DNA of 64,000 bases from the NCBI RefSeq assembly GCF_009914755.1, contig NC_060925.1. One strand, written 5' to 3'. A program made the position numbers and the translations under genes. How positions within the stretch are numbered: the stretch's first letter is position 1; the number at the start of each line of letters is the position of its first letter. The DNA comes from the human T2T-CHM13v2.0 reference genome, Homo sapiens. Positions 47,051 through 62,148 of this stretch are shown in pieces. The notes below the pieces were generated by a model. It saw only the letters and a list, made by a program, of their open reading frames with translations, made no database searches and was not told where the DNA came from.

Positions 47051-47711
47051 CACTATTCTCTTTAAAGATGTCTAACTTGGAAGCCTCTAATACACTTTTT
47101 ATTTTACAAGGAAAATTTTCATCAGGAATATGGAGTTTGTGGTAGAGAATTTTATTTTATGGCAAGTCTGTAAGATAGTGTGTATCAACTGGCTGTGTGT
47201 GTGAATGTCTGTGTGTATGAAGGAGTGTTAGATAGTTATACAACAATTTTTACCATCATAGTGATAAACAAAAATTTTCTGTTGGCTAATAAACTACAAA
47301 GGTAATGAACAATACTCAGTGGTTGATTCTGAACTCTGCATGTTGTTTCTTTAGAAAATAACAAAAACAACAGAATAGTTCAAAGGGGGTTGATAAATTG
47401 ATAGCTGAAAAGTCTGTCTATTTCTAGGTTAGAAATTTCATACTGCTACTCTTTAATCTACTCTGTTCAATAACTTGATGGCTGTTTTTGAACTCATGGA
47501 AAGCTCTTTCATGGAGATGACAGAATGCCTTTTCACAGTGGTTCTTATCTCCCTTTTAAAAAATTGAGCAAGAGAGCATGGCAAGATAACCTCTCAACAT
47601 CCTACATTTAACAAGTGTATACTGGGAATTAAAAACCTACTCTTCCAATCCTGCCATGCCAAAAAAAAGACAACACAGTTCTTTCACTTTCTAAGTTTTT
47701 AATTTGTCTAG

Positions 47712-47899
47712 GTTGGTAATTCTCAAAGTATGGTACCTGTAGCAATAGCTTCAGTATCACCTGAGACTTTGTTACAAATACAAATTCTCAGACCCCATCC
47801 CAGATCTACTATATCAGAAAGTCTGAATATGAAGCCCAGCAACCTGTCTTACAAGCCCTCTAGGTGATTCTAATAAATACTAAGTCTGAGAACCACAGA
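47712..47899. mobile_element. MER5A-like hAT MITE
   Basis: ttctcaaagtatgg...aaattctcagacccc...ctaggtgattct...tgagaaccac. Confidence 0.8.
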
Positions 47900-48731
47900 T
47901 TTAGGTTATTTTTTCTTCCATAAGCGCTAGTCCAAAAAGTAAAGAGAAAAAGGCCAGCTATTATAAGGAAGAAGACTTTGTCAAAGTACTTGCATTATGC
48001 AGGATATCTATACATTTATTTTAAAATTTAAGTGTGTCATGCATATGATTTTTAATGCTTTTTATGTTAAAAAACTGTACAAAAATGAATCAACAATTAC
48101 CTCTTCTGATATGAATAATTTCAGTGGTATAAGAAGTATATCTTCATAGAAATGTGATCACTATATAAGACAGAACCTTAAAAGGCACCTCCTGTTTTTC
48201 ACACAAATAGCCATTTCATATCCAGATTAGATAATAAAACTAAGCTGGGGGGAAAATGGTGTGTGGCTGTTTAGAGAAATCCCATACACAATTGTGAGAA
48301 AGTTTTTTGAAAAATAATATATGTGGATATGACTGTAGGTGCTTACATAAAGACTGCTAATTCTCACCGTAAATTCCCACTCAAATACCTTCACCCAATT
48401 TAGACACGAGAACAATTACACTTTACCTGTCTATCAGTGTGGAGGATCAGAAGGACAGGGTCACCCAGGTTTAGTTTTAACCAGTCTGTAAAACAGATTT
48501 ATATGGGATGTGTTCTATTTTTATGCTTAATAAAGAAGCAAAAAAATTAATTAAAAATAGCTTAATTTAGAGCAAAATATGGAGAAAGGGCTAGTTAACT
48601 TTCTTTACAAGACACAAAATTATATGAAATATGGTAAAAATGTATGTCCTATTAGCTTAAGGTTTACATATCTTTATTTATCAAATGATAATTTCTCTCC
48701 TTTTTTTCTTTCTTCTAGCAATTATCAATTC

Positions 48732-49036
48732 TTTTTTTTTTTTTTTTTTTTTGAGATGGAGTTTTCACTCTTGTCACCCAGGCTGGAGTGCAATGGCGCG
48801 ATCTCAGCTCACTGCAACCTCCGCCTTGTGGATTAGGGTGATTCTCCTGCCTCAGCCTCCCCAGTAGCTGGGATTACAGGTCCCTGCCACCACGCCCAGC
48901 TAATTCTTGTATTTTTAGTAGAGACGGGGTTTCACCATGTTGGCCAGGCTGTTCTTGAATTTCTGACTTCAGGTGATCCACCTGCCTCGGCCTCCCAAAG
49001 TGCTGGGATTACAGGCGTGAGCTACCACGCCCAGCC
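48732..49036 (-). mobile_element. AluS
   Basis: Dimer with T tail. Confidence 0.95.
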
Positions 49037-49070
49037 ATCCGTCATCAGTTCTTAAAAGGCAGCATTGTCA

Positions 49071-49270
49071 CAAGCTTGTCCAGTCTGCCTTATTTTGTTG
49101 TTGTTTTTCTGTTTTGTTTTGTTTTAGGCTTTTAGCAGCCTGAAGCCATGGTTTTTAGTTTCTGTCTCTAGTGATAAGCAGAAAAGAGGGATGAGGAAGG
49201 GGCTTTACTGGCCGAACCAGCAACAGAAACTAAGAACCCATGACTGTACTCTCTCCCTTGGACACCCCCA
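49071..49270 (-). mobile_element. hAT-Charlie MITE with MER30-type ends (MER107-like)
   Basis: Ends caagcttgtcca.../...ttggacacccc match MER30-family termini; subfamily name from recall. Confidence 0.6.
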
Positions 49271-49805
49271 GAAGGGAAGAATACTGGACTAGGGATCAAG
49301 AGTTTTAGCTCCATCTACCTACCTGAATGACCTTGGGAACATATTTTGGCATCATTTTCTCCATCCCTATAGCATTCTTTGTAGTGCTAACATTTTATAG
49401 TTCTATGAACAGCATTTGACTTACTCCAACACAGAAATGTTCAGAAGGGTTTCAAAATGGGAAAAAAAGACTTGAATGGGCAAGGTTTTTTAAAAAGTAT
49501 GCATTTTGGACAAAAAAGATAGCAAAATTCCATGCTAATTTAAACATAACAACTAAGAGCAAGTGGTGAATACTGTCAGGTCAGGTCAATCATTTATACT
49601 TTTTCTCTAGTTCTTCATAAACACAGGCAACATTTTGACATAAAAAGCCAGTATTAGTCAATTAAATTGAACTATTCTCTCCAAGTCATACAGAAAATAT
49701 AGTCCTCTAAAGCTACAGACATAGCATTGGTGCCTGATGCTAATGTATCTTCTTGAAAATATCTATTTTTAAATTATGTGTTTCAGGAAGACACACTGGG
49801 AAATA

Positions 49806-50468
49806 CTTATTTCACAGCTTCTAAGATGCATGTTGTTTTCCTATTATGATATATCTGAAAATAGGAATGTGTCTTAACAATTGATGATGTCTTAAAACCA
49901 CTGTTAGCCAAGCAGCAGTCATAGTTGTCATGGATTATCCATGTGTGAACATCAGAATACAAACACCAAGCTTGGAAAATGATAGTAGCTAAGATATAAA
50001 TGATAAAGATATAAATGATAGTAGCTAAGAAGTAAATCTTGGAAACAATTGTGGGGCACTCTAACCCCTCAGAACCAAGACTGTTGGACACAAAAATAAC
50101 TAACTTTACACATCAATAACTGCAAACCTGGTTTAAAAGCCCATATCACTGGCTTTTAGCTTTTATACTGATTCTATTAAGAAATGCAGCATCACAATGC
50201 TCTTGACAGCACACAAAACAATACTATATGAAAAATCATGGGCCTCGACAATGCTGAGTATGTCATTTGGATTAGTTTATATTTTCCTTTTTATGTAAGT
50301 ACAAGTTGGATTTAAGGTTAAAATCATTTTCTAGCTAAATCTAAACATTCGATTCCAATAAGGGGGAAAACCTAGCATAAAAAAATTAGTGTTAAAAAAT
50401 TCAGTCTATGTATATACTAAGCAGCCTAGTATCAAATAGTAGTATGTTTTATGATTCATAAAATACAA
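49806..50468 (+). mobile_element. Kanga/MER104-like TcMar-Tc2 DNA transposon remnant
   Basis: Degenerate TIRs tatttca...ttctaagatgca / gattcataaaatac; internal aagaaatgcagcatcacaatgctcttgacagcaca resembles the KKCxIxNALDGT transposase tail. Confidence 0.55.
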
Positions 50469-50545
50469 TTAAATGTATTTTCAATTTGTGGAAAAATAAA
50501 ACATTTTTATTTAATTCCACTGAAAAACCTCCTTTGTTGCATTAC

Positions 50546-50654
50546 CTGTAAACCACAGCAGCCTACAGCATTCATTATGGAGGCATTGTGAATAACTCTA
50601 TAAGGAATTCCCAGCTTTGTTGCTCTTAGAACAAGATCACTGTGTGTTGTGGCC
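50546..50654 (-). CDS. DPH5: DPH5 exon 4
   Basis: ctacag|GGCC...TTACAG|gtaatg, 109 nt; [36 protein letters not shown]. Confidence 0.97.
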
Positions 50655-52908
50655 CTGTAGTGAGAAAAGATTAGATTGGATTAAAGCAAACAACACTTTT
50701 AAGACAGTAAAGCTATATTTCCTGAGTTCATGTCAATTAAAGAGGCAGGAGCACTGCCTTTCTTCAAATTCTTCCACACACCTGCATAAGGCTTTCATCT
50801 GAGCTTTTTAGCAAGAAAATGCAAGACTAAACATGCCCTTCAAAATGCTGAGTTGCTACTGTAACACTCCTAAAGCAGCCTTGGCAGCTACTTAAGAAAG
50901 GGACCTTTACTTGCCCACTGTCCTGTAAATACGTGAAAAAGACATCTATGAAATATAAGCTCAGCAACTTAACTCTTGAGCAGCAATTCTTAAGCTCTTT
51001 GGTCTCAGAGCCCTTTTAAATTCTTAAAATTACTGCTCTAAAATTCTAAATTAGGGCATAACTAGAATCACTGCTCTATTTTGAAGACTTTGTCTTTGTA
51101 TTTAAAATATAAGGCAGAATATACACGTATACCATGAAGATATTGCAAGTTTGGGTCAAGATAACCACAATAATGTGAATATCAAAATATAGCCAGCCAC
51201 ATTAATTTTTTTGGTTTCTTAGTGCATATAAAAGTTATGTTTATACTATACTGTAGTCTGTTAAGTGTGTAACAGCATTATGTCGAGAAAATGTGCATAC
51301 CTTAGTTTAAAAACACTTTATTGCTACAAAATGCCAACAATCATCTGAGCCTTCAGTGAGTTTAATCTTTTTGCTAGTGGATGGTCTTGGCTCCATGTTG
51401 ATGGCTGCTAACTGATCAGGGTGGTGGTTGCTAAAGATGGGGGTGGCTGTGGCAATTTCTTAAAATAAAACAATGAAATTTGCTGCATTGATTGACTTTT
51501 CCTTTCATGAAAGATTTCTCTGTAGCATGCAACATTGTGTGATACCATTTTACCCACAGTGGAACCTCTTTCAAAACTGGAGCCAATCTTCTCAAACCCT
51601 GCTAGTAATCTATCAACTAAGTTTATATGATATTCTAAATCCTTTGTTGTCATCTCAACAATGTTCACAGCATCTTCATCAAGAATAGATTTCATCTCAT
51701 GAAACCACTTTCTTTGCCTGTCCATAAGAAGCAACTCTTCATCTGTTCAAGTTTTATCCTAAGATTGAAGTAATTCCTTCATATCTTCAGGCTCCACTTC
51801 TAATTCTAGTTCTCTTGGTATTTCTACCATATCTACAGTTACTTCCTGCAGTGAAGTCTTGAAGCCCTCAAAGTCATTCAGGAGGGTTGGAATCGACCCC
51901 TCCCAAACTCCCATTAATGTGGGTATTTTCACCTCTTCTCATGAATCATGAATATTTTAAATGACATCTAGAATGGTGAATCCTTTCCAGAAGGTTTTCA
52001 ATTTACTTTGCCCAGACTCATCAGAGAAATCACTATCTAGGGCAGCTACAGCCTCACAAAATATATTTCTTAGATAGAAAGACTTGAAAGTCAAAATTAC
52101 TCCTTGATCCATGGGCTGTAGAATAGGTGTTGGGTTAGCAGGCATAAAAACAATAGTAATCTTCTTGTACACTGCCTGAGCTCTTGGGTGACCAAGTGCA
52201 TTGTCAATGGCAATAATGTTTTGAAAGAAATCTATGTTTTTGAGCAGCAGGTCTCAAGGGTGGGTTTAAAATATTCAGTGAACCATGCTGTAAACAGATG
52301 TGCTGTCATTCAGCTTTTCTTGTTCCACTTACAGCGCACAGGGAGAATAGATTTAGCATAATTCTTACAGGACCTAGGATTTTCATAAGGCTATATATAT
52401 GAGCACTGGCTTCAATCTAGAGTCACCAGCTGCATTAGCCCTACCAAGAGTTAGCCAGTCCTTTTAAGTCCGGCATTCACTTCTCCTCTCTAGCAATTAA
52501 AGTCCTACAAGGCATCCTCTTCCAATAGAAGGCTGTTTCATCCACACTGAAAATCTACTGTGTAGTGATTCATCAGTTACCTTAGCTAGACCTTCTGGAT
52601 AACTTGTTTCCACAGCTCATACATTTATGTTATAGAGACAACTTTTTTCCTTAAACCTCATGAACCAACCTCGGCTAGCTTGGAACAATTTTTCTGCAGC
52701 TTCCTCACCCCTGTCAGCCTTCATAGACTTGAAGAGAGTTCGAGCCTTGCCCTGGATTAGACTTTAGCTTAAGGGAATATTGTGGCAGGTTTGATCTTCT
52801 ATACAGAACACTAAAACGTTCTCCCTATCAGCAATAAGTCTGTTTTACTACCTTATCATTAGAGCATTCGTAAGAGTAGCACTTTTAATTTCCATTAAGA
52901 ACTTTTCC

Positions 52909-53619
<711 letters not shown>

Positions 53620-55074
53620 TGATTCAAAGTGAGAGACATGTGACTCTTTCACTTAAACACTTTGAGGCCATTGTAGGGTTATTAATTGACCTAACTTCAA
53701 TATTGTTGGGTCTCTGGTAAAAGGGAGGCCCAAGAAGAGAGAGAGAGTTGGGGGAATGGCTGGTTGGTGGGGAGCAGTCAGAACACACACAACATTTATC
53801 AATTAAGTTCGCCATTTTATATGCGCTTGGTTTGTGGCAACCCAAAGTACAACAGTAACATCAAAGATCACTGATCACAAATCATCATTAACAGATGTAA
53901 TAATGAAAAAGCTTGAAATATCACAATAATTACCAAAATGTAACACAGAGACAGGAAGTGAGAACATGCTGTCAGAAAAAAATGGCACCAATAGGATTGC
54001 TCAATGCAAAGTTGCCACAAACCTTCAATTTTTAAAAAATGCAATGTATGTGAAATGAAATAAAGCAAAACACAATAAAACGAGGTATGCCTGTACATAA
54101 ATTTTCACAGCTTGTCACTCAGTCTTTATATGAGAGTCCTATCTCCTATAATATTGGATTTTATATCTGTCCAGCAGTCATTTTAACTGTTTTTATTTGG
54201 TTACTGTGTGTAATTAGGATGTGTGTATGCGTATGTACGTATGTGTGCATATTTGACCTGTTGCCTTTCCATTTTTAAGATAAAATCTCAAGATTGTAAG
54301 TAGGTAGATTGGAGTAAAGAGAGACTATAGATAAATATAAACATGGACACAGTGAAATGTAACCGCTTATCAATTTAGAACTTCATTTTAAAGGCCTTTT
54401 TCCCTCCTGATAAAAATTCCAGGCCCTACTGGGTAAAGCAACATTAGCATGTCTGAGAAACCACATGCAAACAAGTAGAACCTGTGGACTGGTCAATGCA
54501 TACCAAGTAGGAAGATAAAGGGCTTTCACCCCATGGAGCAGTCAGATATATATTAACAAATTAACAAATGCCCACCAGGGAAGCCTGTTTTTAATCACAT
54601 ACATAAAATAAAACTGGTATGAAAAATAATCATTAATTTGATTTCAAATAAGCTTTTAAAAAATAACATGAATGTCAATTATAAAGAATTGTTTTTAATA
54701 TCACCTTCAACAGAATCTCACTACTTAACATTAAGAGTAAAGAAAACTAAATTAGTTACTTGGTGAGTTATTTAAGCAAATGAAAAACTGGCTCAAAATT
54801 ACATCTCTATCACAAGTTTATTTAAAATGAGTAGACACATACATATACACACAAACAAATTTACTATTTCTAGGTATATGGCTCTATCTAAAATCATATA
54901 TGTGTATATGTATGTATGCTCAGAAATAGTAATAAATCTGTCTGTAATAACATGCTTGTTACTTGAAATTGTTCTAAAGGCAATTTCAAGAAAGGAGATC
55001 CAAAAATGTTTTGATTAATGGAATCAATAAAATAAAGTACACAAAGGTGACCAATTTGAATATACAAAATTTGA

Positions 55075-55374
55075 TTTTTTTTTTTTTTTTTTGAGACAGA
55101 GTCTTGCTCCATTGCCCAGGCTGGAGTGCAGTGGCACGATCTTGGCTCATGCAACCTCCGCCTCCCGGGTTCAATCAATTCTCCTGCCTCAGCCTCCTGA
55201 GTAGCTGGGATTACAGGTGCCTGCCACCACGTCTGGCTACTTTTTTGTATTTTTAGTAGAGATGGGGTTTCGCCACATTGCCCAGGCTGGTTTCAAACTC
55301 CTGGGCTCGGGCAATCCACCCGCCTCAGCCTCCCAAAGTTGCTGGGATTACAAGCATGAGCCACTGCGCCGGCT
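55075..55374 (-). mobile_element. AluS
   Basis: Dimer with T tail. Confidence 0.94.
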
Positions 55375-57129
55375 GGTATGTTTGTTTTAAATTTTATAGT
55401 GTCTCCGTTTTTGACATAAGTGTGGCTGGTGGGCCAGAAATTTAGTAATGTTTGCAATGATATAGCGCAAATGACGTTTTCATGAACTATGGAAGCACTA
55501 ACACTTGGCACTATCCTTTTGAAAAATAATTGACAATATGCTTTATTCTACAAAATGTCCATGTCCACACCTTTTGATATTTTATTCCTAAAAACCTATT
55601 TTGGAGGATCTACCATAAGGAAACAACCTAAAACATGGGGATAAAGAAGTGGGAGGCAGGAAGGTATCATATACATAAATTTACATGTGACAGCTTTATT
55701 TATATTGAAGAAAAATAGACTAATAATAATGCTGCCATTGATTTTATAGTTATTAGGTATCAAGCACTGTTCACATTCATTACATGGAATGGAAGCAGTC
55801 AGCCTACATCAGGACATATTATCTGTATATGGATGCCACTAAGGAAAAGGCATACAACATAGGGATAAAAATTTTGTATTCATTATAATAATATAGTTAC
55901 AGAGCATATTGAAATACAGAATGGAATAATAAAACAGAACCATCATTAGAAACAGTGTGTTTAATAAAGACTTCTTATGCAGAGATTTAGGGATAGAATG
56001 TTTGAGACTGTCAACTCTCACAGTGATTAAGTTCTATTGATTTAGTATATATTTTTAGACTCATTTACTTTCTTTGTGTGATCTATTTCCATATTCCTTT
56101 CAATAACCTGGGTAAAAGAACAAAGATGAGACTACATGAACTTACTTAACTATGACTTTAAATTGTCTTCAAGAACTTCATATTGCTGGAGATGGACAGT
56201 GCTGATAGTTGCACAACAATGTGAATGTACTTAGTATGCCACTGAACTGTACACTAAAATGGTTAAAATGACACATTTTGTCATGTGTCATTTTACCATT
56301 TTAAAAGTACTGAAAAAAAGAATTTAAGATTCAGCATCTTAAACAATCTTCTTTTTATATATTTTATTTAAATAAGAAGGGGTCTTAAAATTAAATAAGG
56401 GATATTTTTTGCTCATATCTAAGAATTTCAGTGCCTTGCTGCATTCTATATTCCTTACCTGATTTCTCCTCCATTTAATCCACTCATATTCCAATTAAAA
56501 TTACACATTCCCCATCATGCCATTTCCAACTATCATATCCTAACTATAATCTGCCGGTAAATAAAAAATAACTGCAGTACAGTAAATATTCCTTAAATCT
56601 GAATTCAAATACAAGGCTATATACGATGAATCACTAAGAAAGGGCAAATTAAAGAAGTCTAAAATGGAAAAAAAAAAGGCACTCCGGAATAAAACAGGAA
56701 TGAAAGAGGTAGCATCTGAGCTGTATACTAATTTTATAGTACAATTAGGTATAATTAGGAACTGAGAAGAACTCTTTTAAGGAAAAAGCTTGAGCAAAGA
56801 AATAGGGGAAGAATATTACAAAACACTTATGAAATGGAAAGTTGTACCATTTGGTTCTAGCATAGCGGTTAAAGAGTAGCTAGAGAAAAAAGAAAGACTT
56901 CAAGATTTAAGGCCATGAGAAGTCACTGAAGGTTTTTGAGCATGGGAGCAATTAATTACATCAAGGTACTTTCTCTGTGCCTCAGTTTTTTCATTTATAT
57001 GAGCATTCTTCCTTCTACCTTTCTCCTGGCCCACCCTATAATCTCCATCTGTTGAACCCTATCCAGACCCAGCGCAAGTTCCAGCTCCTCCATAAAACCA
57101 CCACTAATCAACTCCAAACATCATGTCTT

Positions 57130-57830
57130 TAAATTCATACACATATTTCTGTCCTCATCTTACAGTCAAACTTTCAGTATTATATTGAAGGTATTCAGTC
57201 TTTCCTTTTTGAATAGTCTCTTTTCCTGGCTTCTGTGACAACATACTCTCTTGCTTTTTCTCCCTCCTCCTCTGGCTCCAGGTACACGATGAAATTCCAA
57301 GGTTTCCTAGGGCCATCCTAGGTCCTCTTTTCCCACTCTTCTCTCCTAAGCTGATTCTATCCATTCCTCCAGCTTTAAACACCATAAACATACTGATGAC
57401 TTCAAAAGCCATTTATCTAGGATGACCTCCCATCCCAAGCTCTAGCAGCAGCTAACTGCCTACTTGACATCTCAAAGTAAACATATTTCCAGAACCAATT
57501 CTTGTTTCTCCAAATCCTGTTCTCTACCAGTTTTCAAGTGACACTACCAACCACTCATTTGTAAAGCTAGAATCCTGGGAATCAGATTTACTCCTTTCCT
57601 TTTCCTTATCCACCACATTCATCTTGGCATTCTTCTTCTAAATATGTTCCCATCTTTTTCTCTTTTCCACCAAAAACGTTCTTGCCTCCCTAAAATCCAT
57701 TTACCTAAGCACTTAAAGTGACCTTTTAATGCTAATCAGATTTTGACTTTTTCCTGCTTTGAATCCTGCAAAAGTTTACCACTGTATTTAAATTAAATTC
57801 CTAGTCCCCTCCAAGGTCTTACATGGTCCT
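57130..57830 (+). mobile_element. L2 remnant
   Basis: ggcttctgtgacaacatactctc, ctttaaacaccat and aactgcctacttgacatctc motifs. Confidence 0.7.
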
Positions 57831-58476
57831 TATGTTCCTTAAATCTGTGATATAAATCTTAGGTAACCAGCTGTAGACAAAGAACTCTTCTGTTTGGCTT
57901 GACATTAGAGATTGATGATGCTTGACTAGGCAGTAGATGCCCATCTTCGTGGTAATGACAAAGAACAGGGTTCCCAATGGATATAAGAAACTGAAATCAG
58001 AGACTTGATAAATGATAAATTCAAGGCAAGCAAAGTGACGGCAGTATTGCCAAATAGTAGATGATTACAAAAGGAAAAAAAACCTAGGACAAAAGAAGTC
58101 GAAGATGCCTGAAATTATCAGCAGAAAATGGCAGGCATGACTTTTGATAATGTAATGAACTATTTAATAATGATATAGCAGTTAAGGCATTTGTTGCCCT
58201 ACATGACCTTCTAAAACAGCAGAAGCAATGATACAAACTTTAGAGTTGACACTTGATAATGTAGTGATACATATGATGATATATTTACCAACTAGCTTTT
58301 CTTCACTAATCTCAAAGATCATGAAAGTTTAAACTATGACATTTTAGATAGCGCTTAAGTAACCAGAGTTCCTTATCAGGACCTGGCAGGTAAAAGTGTT
58401 AAATGCAATAGAATAATTCTTACTGATTAAAAAAAAGTAAATGAGTTAAAAACTCAAAATATCTGCCTTGACTTAC

Positions 58477-58601
58477 CCAAATGGATCACCAACCACAAGG
58501 AATGCAACATCACTGATATCAGCATCCTTTAAAATATTATCTGCTTCTTGTTCCACTTCTTCTCTATCAGCAACAACCAATTTTCTTCCATAAAACTCTT
58601 C
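58477..58601 (-). CDS. DPH5: DPH5 exon 3
   Basis: ctgtag|GAAGAG...TTTGG|gtaagt, 125 nt; [41 protein letters not shown](G), containing the GDP SAM-binding motif. Confidence 0.97.
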
Positions 58602-58651
58602 CTACAGATATAAGTCCAATATCAAGATAAAGAGACAGCAGGTGACCATTC

Positions 58652-58653
<2 letters not shown>

Positions 58654-58699
<46 letters not shown>
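58654..58699. repeat. (CA)~23 microsatellite
   Basis: Pure AC repeat about 50 nt upstream of the DPH5 exon 3 acceptor. Confidence 0.97.
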
Positions 58700-58702
<3 letters not shown>

Positions 58703-59752
58703 TTGTTTGGGACTGGTGCATATGTTGGCAACCACCCAAATGCAGATCATTCAATACAACTCATCAGTAAGCCAGTACTTTATGTCATGTTGCAATTAAA
58801 CTCTGTATTTGGGGCTGTCTTAATATCCCAAAGGAGGCGGAACTCTTAACATCTGAGGCTTTTTGCATTTTAAATTTATTTCTAAATTTGGTTCTAAAGG
58901 CCAAATAGAACACTGTAGGATGAATGCGGAATATGTACACATGAGCCCTACTTCAGAAACATGATGTAATACAGAATAAATATATTAAACAATAAGTTTA
59001 AACAAACATGGTGGTTTAGCTTTTATTAAATTTTCAATGGTTAAACATATGGCAACTCAGCTAGAAAAAAAAGGCAGCACCAATGAGAAACAATAGAAAA
59101 TTAGCTGTTTACAGAACCAGTGAACATTCCTACATAAATGCAGAAGATACTAATTTAAAACTATATTCCTTAGTTTCTGCTAAAAAGGCAGAGTTGCAGG
59201 AGCAGTAACTGAATTCTAAATATGTAGGAAGTTTGCAAACAAACTGCTTTGTGATTTAATTCCCTGCAGCTCAACTCTAGAGAACAAATCCAGTAGAGAG
59301 TGAGCTAGTAAGCTAGTAGTCATCTGATAGTGGTTACGGGCTATTATGCAAGATCATGAATCCTTTTCTTTTTTTTCATCTCGTCAGCCAGTACAGAATG
59401 AAGGATCATGAATCTTAAAACTGATTTCCTGAGAAGTAATAAGTAATTCAAATGGAGTAAAACTGGATGCATAGATAAATAATACGGTTTCTTACATACT
59501 GAGAACTTTGAGTGAGTTATTAAAATTTATAAGGATTGCTGTAGTGCAACGGTATCTGGTACTCAATAATATCTGTCAAACAAATGAGTACATGAACAAA
59601 TTATTAAGCAGGGCAGGATCCAGCATTGACCATTTTGCTTGAATCCTACCTTCTCTGTAGGTGTTCTGTGAAGTTAAACTTTGTGTAGCTATTATCTATC
59701 CTTAAGAATACAGAGACACAGTACAGTGTAGAGGTCAAGAGTGGTAGACCTC

Positions 59753-60068
<316 letters not shown>

Positions 60069-60964
60069 AAAGAGTGGCAGACTTCAACTCAGGACTGCTT
60101 TGGTTCATCTCCTGGCTCTATCATTCACTATCTGCATGAACTTAGGCAAGTTTGTTAACTTCTCTATCCCTGCAAAATGAACAGTAATTAGAATAATAAT
60201 CCTAATCTACATGTAAAGCATTTAAAACAGTGCACAGTAACTGTTCTGTAACTGTTCTATAAATGTCAGTACTTATTACTGTGAAGAAACAGATATTCCA
60301 GCACCTTAACAAAGTACACATAATTTACTGTAGGTAAGGCTGGGTCCAGCTTCAGGTCTTGACTCTGTAAGTAGTAACTCCAGAAGTTTTGTCTTTGGAA
60401 AAAAATACTTTACAAAATAACAGCAGCCAAAATTAACATTTAGCTAGCACTGAAAATTTACAAAGCACTTTCATATACATCATCTCAATAAAACACTACA
60501 TAACCCTCCAACTGGTAATTGCCACTTGACAAATGAAGAAACTGAGGTTCAGAGAAGTTTGGAAATGTGAACATTGACAATTTCTATTTCTGAACAGTTT
60601 TGTGCCATATACCATAGTTAAGAACCTATGCTAAGAATTATGCTGAACACCTAAAGTAGATGTTTTTTACCCCATTTAAAAAAGACACTAAAGTTAAAGG
60701 ACTTGTCCAAGGTCACATTAACATGTAACAAAGATAAAACTATAACCAAACTTTCCTCTATGCCATCCCCTGATATCTCATTCTATCAAACTGCTGTTTT
60801 GTTATTTGTCTGTCTTTTCTTGAAGGTGTTAAGTTCCTTTTACTTTTCCTTAATCACTGATTAGAGACGCACATTTCCATCATTTCGAGCTTAGATATTT
60901 TGGTTCTATCCTAAGAGTGAAAAAATGAGAAAAAAAAATGTTTTTTAAATCAAAGCTGGCCTTA

Positions 60965-61273
60965 GGCTGGGTGTGGTTGCTTGTGCCTATACAATCCCAG
61001 CACTTTAGGAGGCCGAGGTGGGCAGATCACTAGAGTCCAGGAACTTGTGACCAGCCTGGGCAATGTGGCAAAACCCTGTCTCTACAAAAAATACAAAAAA
61101 TTAGCTGGGCATGATGGCACCCACCTGTAGTCTCAGCTACTCGAGAGGTTGAGGTGGGAGGATACTTGAGCCCAGGAGGCTGAGGCTGCAGTGAGCCATG
61201 ATCATACCATTGCACCCCAGCCTGGGCAACAGAGCAAGACTTATTTTCTCTCTCTCTCCACATATATGTATAT
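60965..61273 (+). mobile_element. AluJ with tail converted to (TC)n/(TA)n
   Basis: TSD atcaaag(c/t)tgg(c/t)ctt. Confidence 0.92.
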
Positions 61274-62148
61274 ATCAAAGTTGGTCTTTACACACAACTT
61301 TTATTTAAATGCATGGCCAATTCAAGTAGCAGTTCTTAATTCCTTCTATAAGATTTTAAAGTAATCTGAGGCCTAAAAATTTTAAGTCTATTTTTTGTTT
61401 GGAAGACATGACAATAAATCTGCTCCCTCCTCCCATAACATATGTATTAATCCTTTGATTTACATTCTACTTAGAGTTTGACAATGAACCTGAAGTTGAC
61501 CCTTCCCCCAAATTTACTGGGCCCTTATGAGGGCCAACTATAAATGTATAATATACTAACAAATACTTTGGTTACTTAGTGTATACTCATGTAAGTGTAT
61601 ACTCATACATTTTTATATATTAAGTCCAGGCTCACTCAATATATACAAGTGTATCAGTATAAGCCTTATTGGGAGATAGTCTATTTAAGATAAGATCTCT
61701 CTGGATAGGATACAAAAAGGCAATCGCCATTCCCTATGGACACACTTCAAAGGGGGAAGCTTTCAGCTTGGTTTTTGAATATATATAACCAACTCATTAA
61801 GGCTGTGTCAGCTCCTCATTAGCACTCAACTCAGAAAGGGTTTCTTGACTACCTCATGAAATAAGGGGTTTTGATAACTATCCCCCAGGAGTATAAAATA
61901 GCTTTCCTATTTACTGGAGAAAGCCACAAAATTAGACTTGTAAAATAGGACAAAGCACCCTTTCATTTTCCAAGTCACTTGGTTGGTGTAAAATTTCCAT
62001 TCTTCTGCTCCTCAGATCATTAATGAACAAGGGATGCGTTTCAAAGGGTTTAAACAAGCAGACCTGAAAATTCTGTTCAGCTTAGTGTATGAAAATCAGA
62101 TGTTAGATAGCTTTCTTCCCAGGAGGCTGGGGAACGCTCAGCACCTAC

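Noticed and set aside
51408-52172. Tigger ORFs as a domesticated TIGD-like gene
   Set aside because: Short fragments with stops and frameshifts, and the element is split by Alus.
62077-62148. C-terminal 23 aa of the 68-aa ORF (VGAERSP...)
   Set aside because: Read-through into intron 2 beyond the donor at 62148; not part of DPH5.
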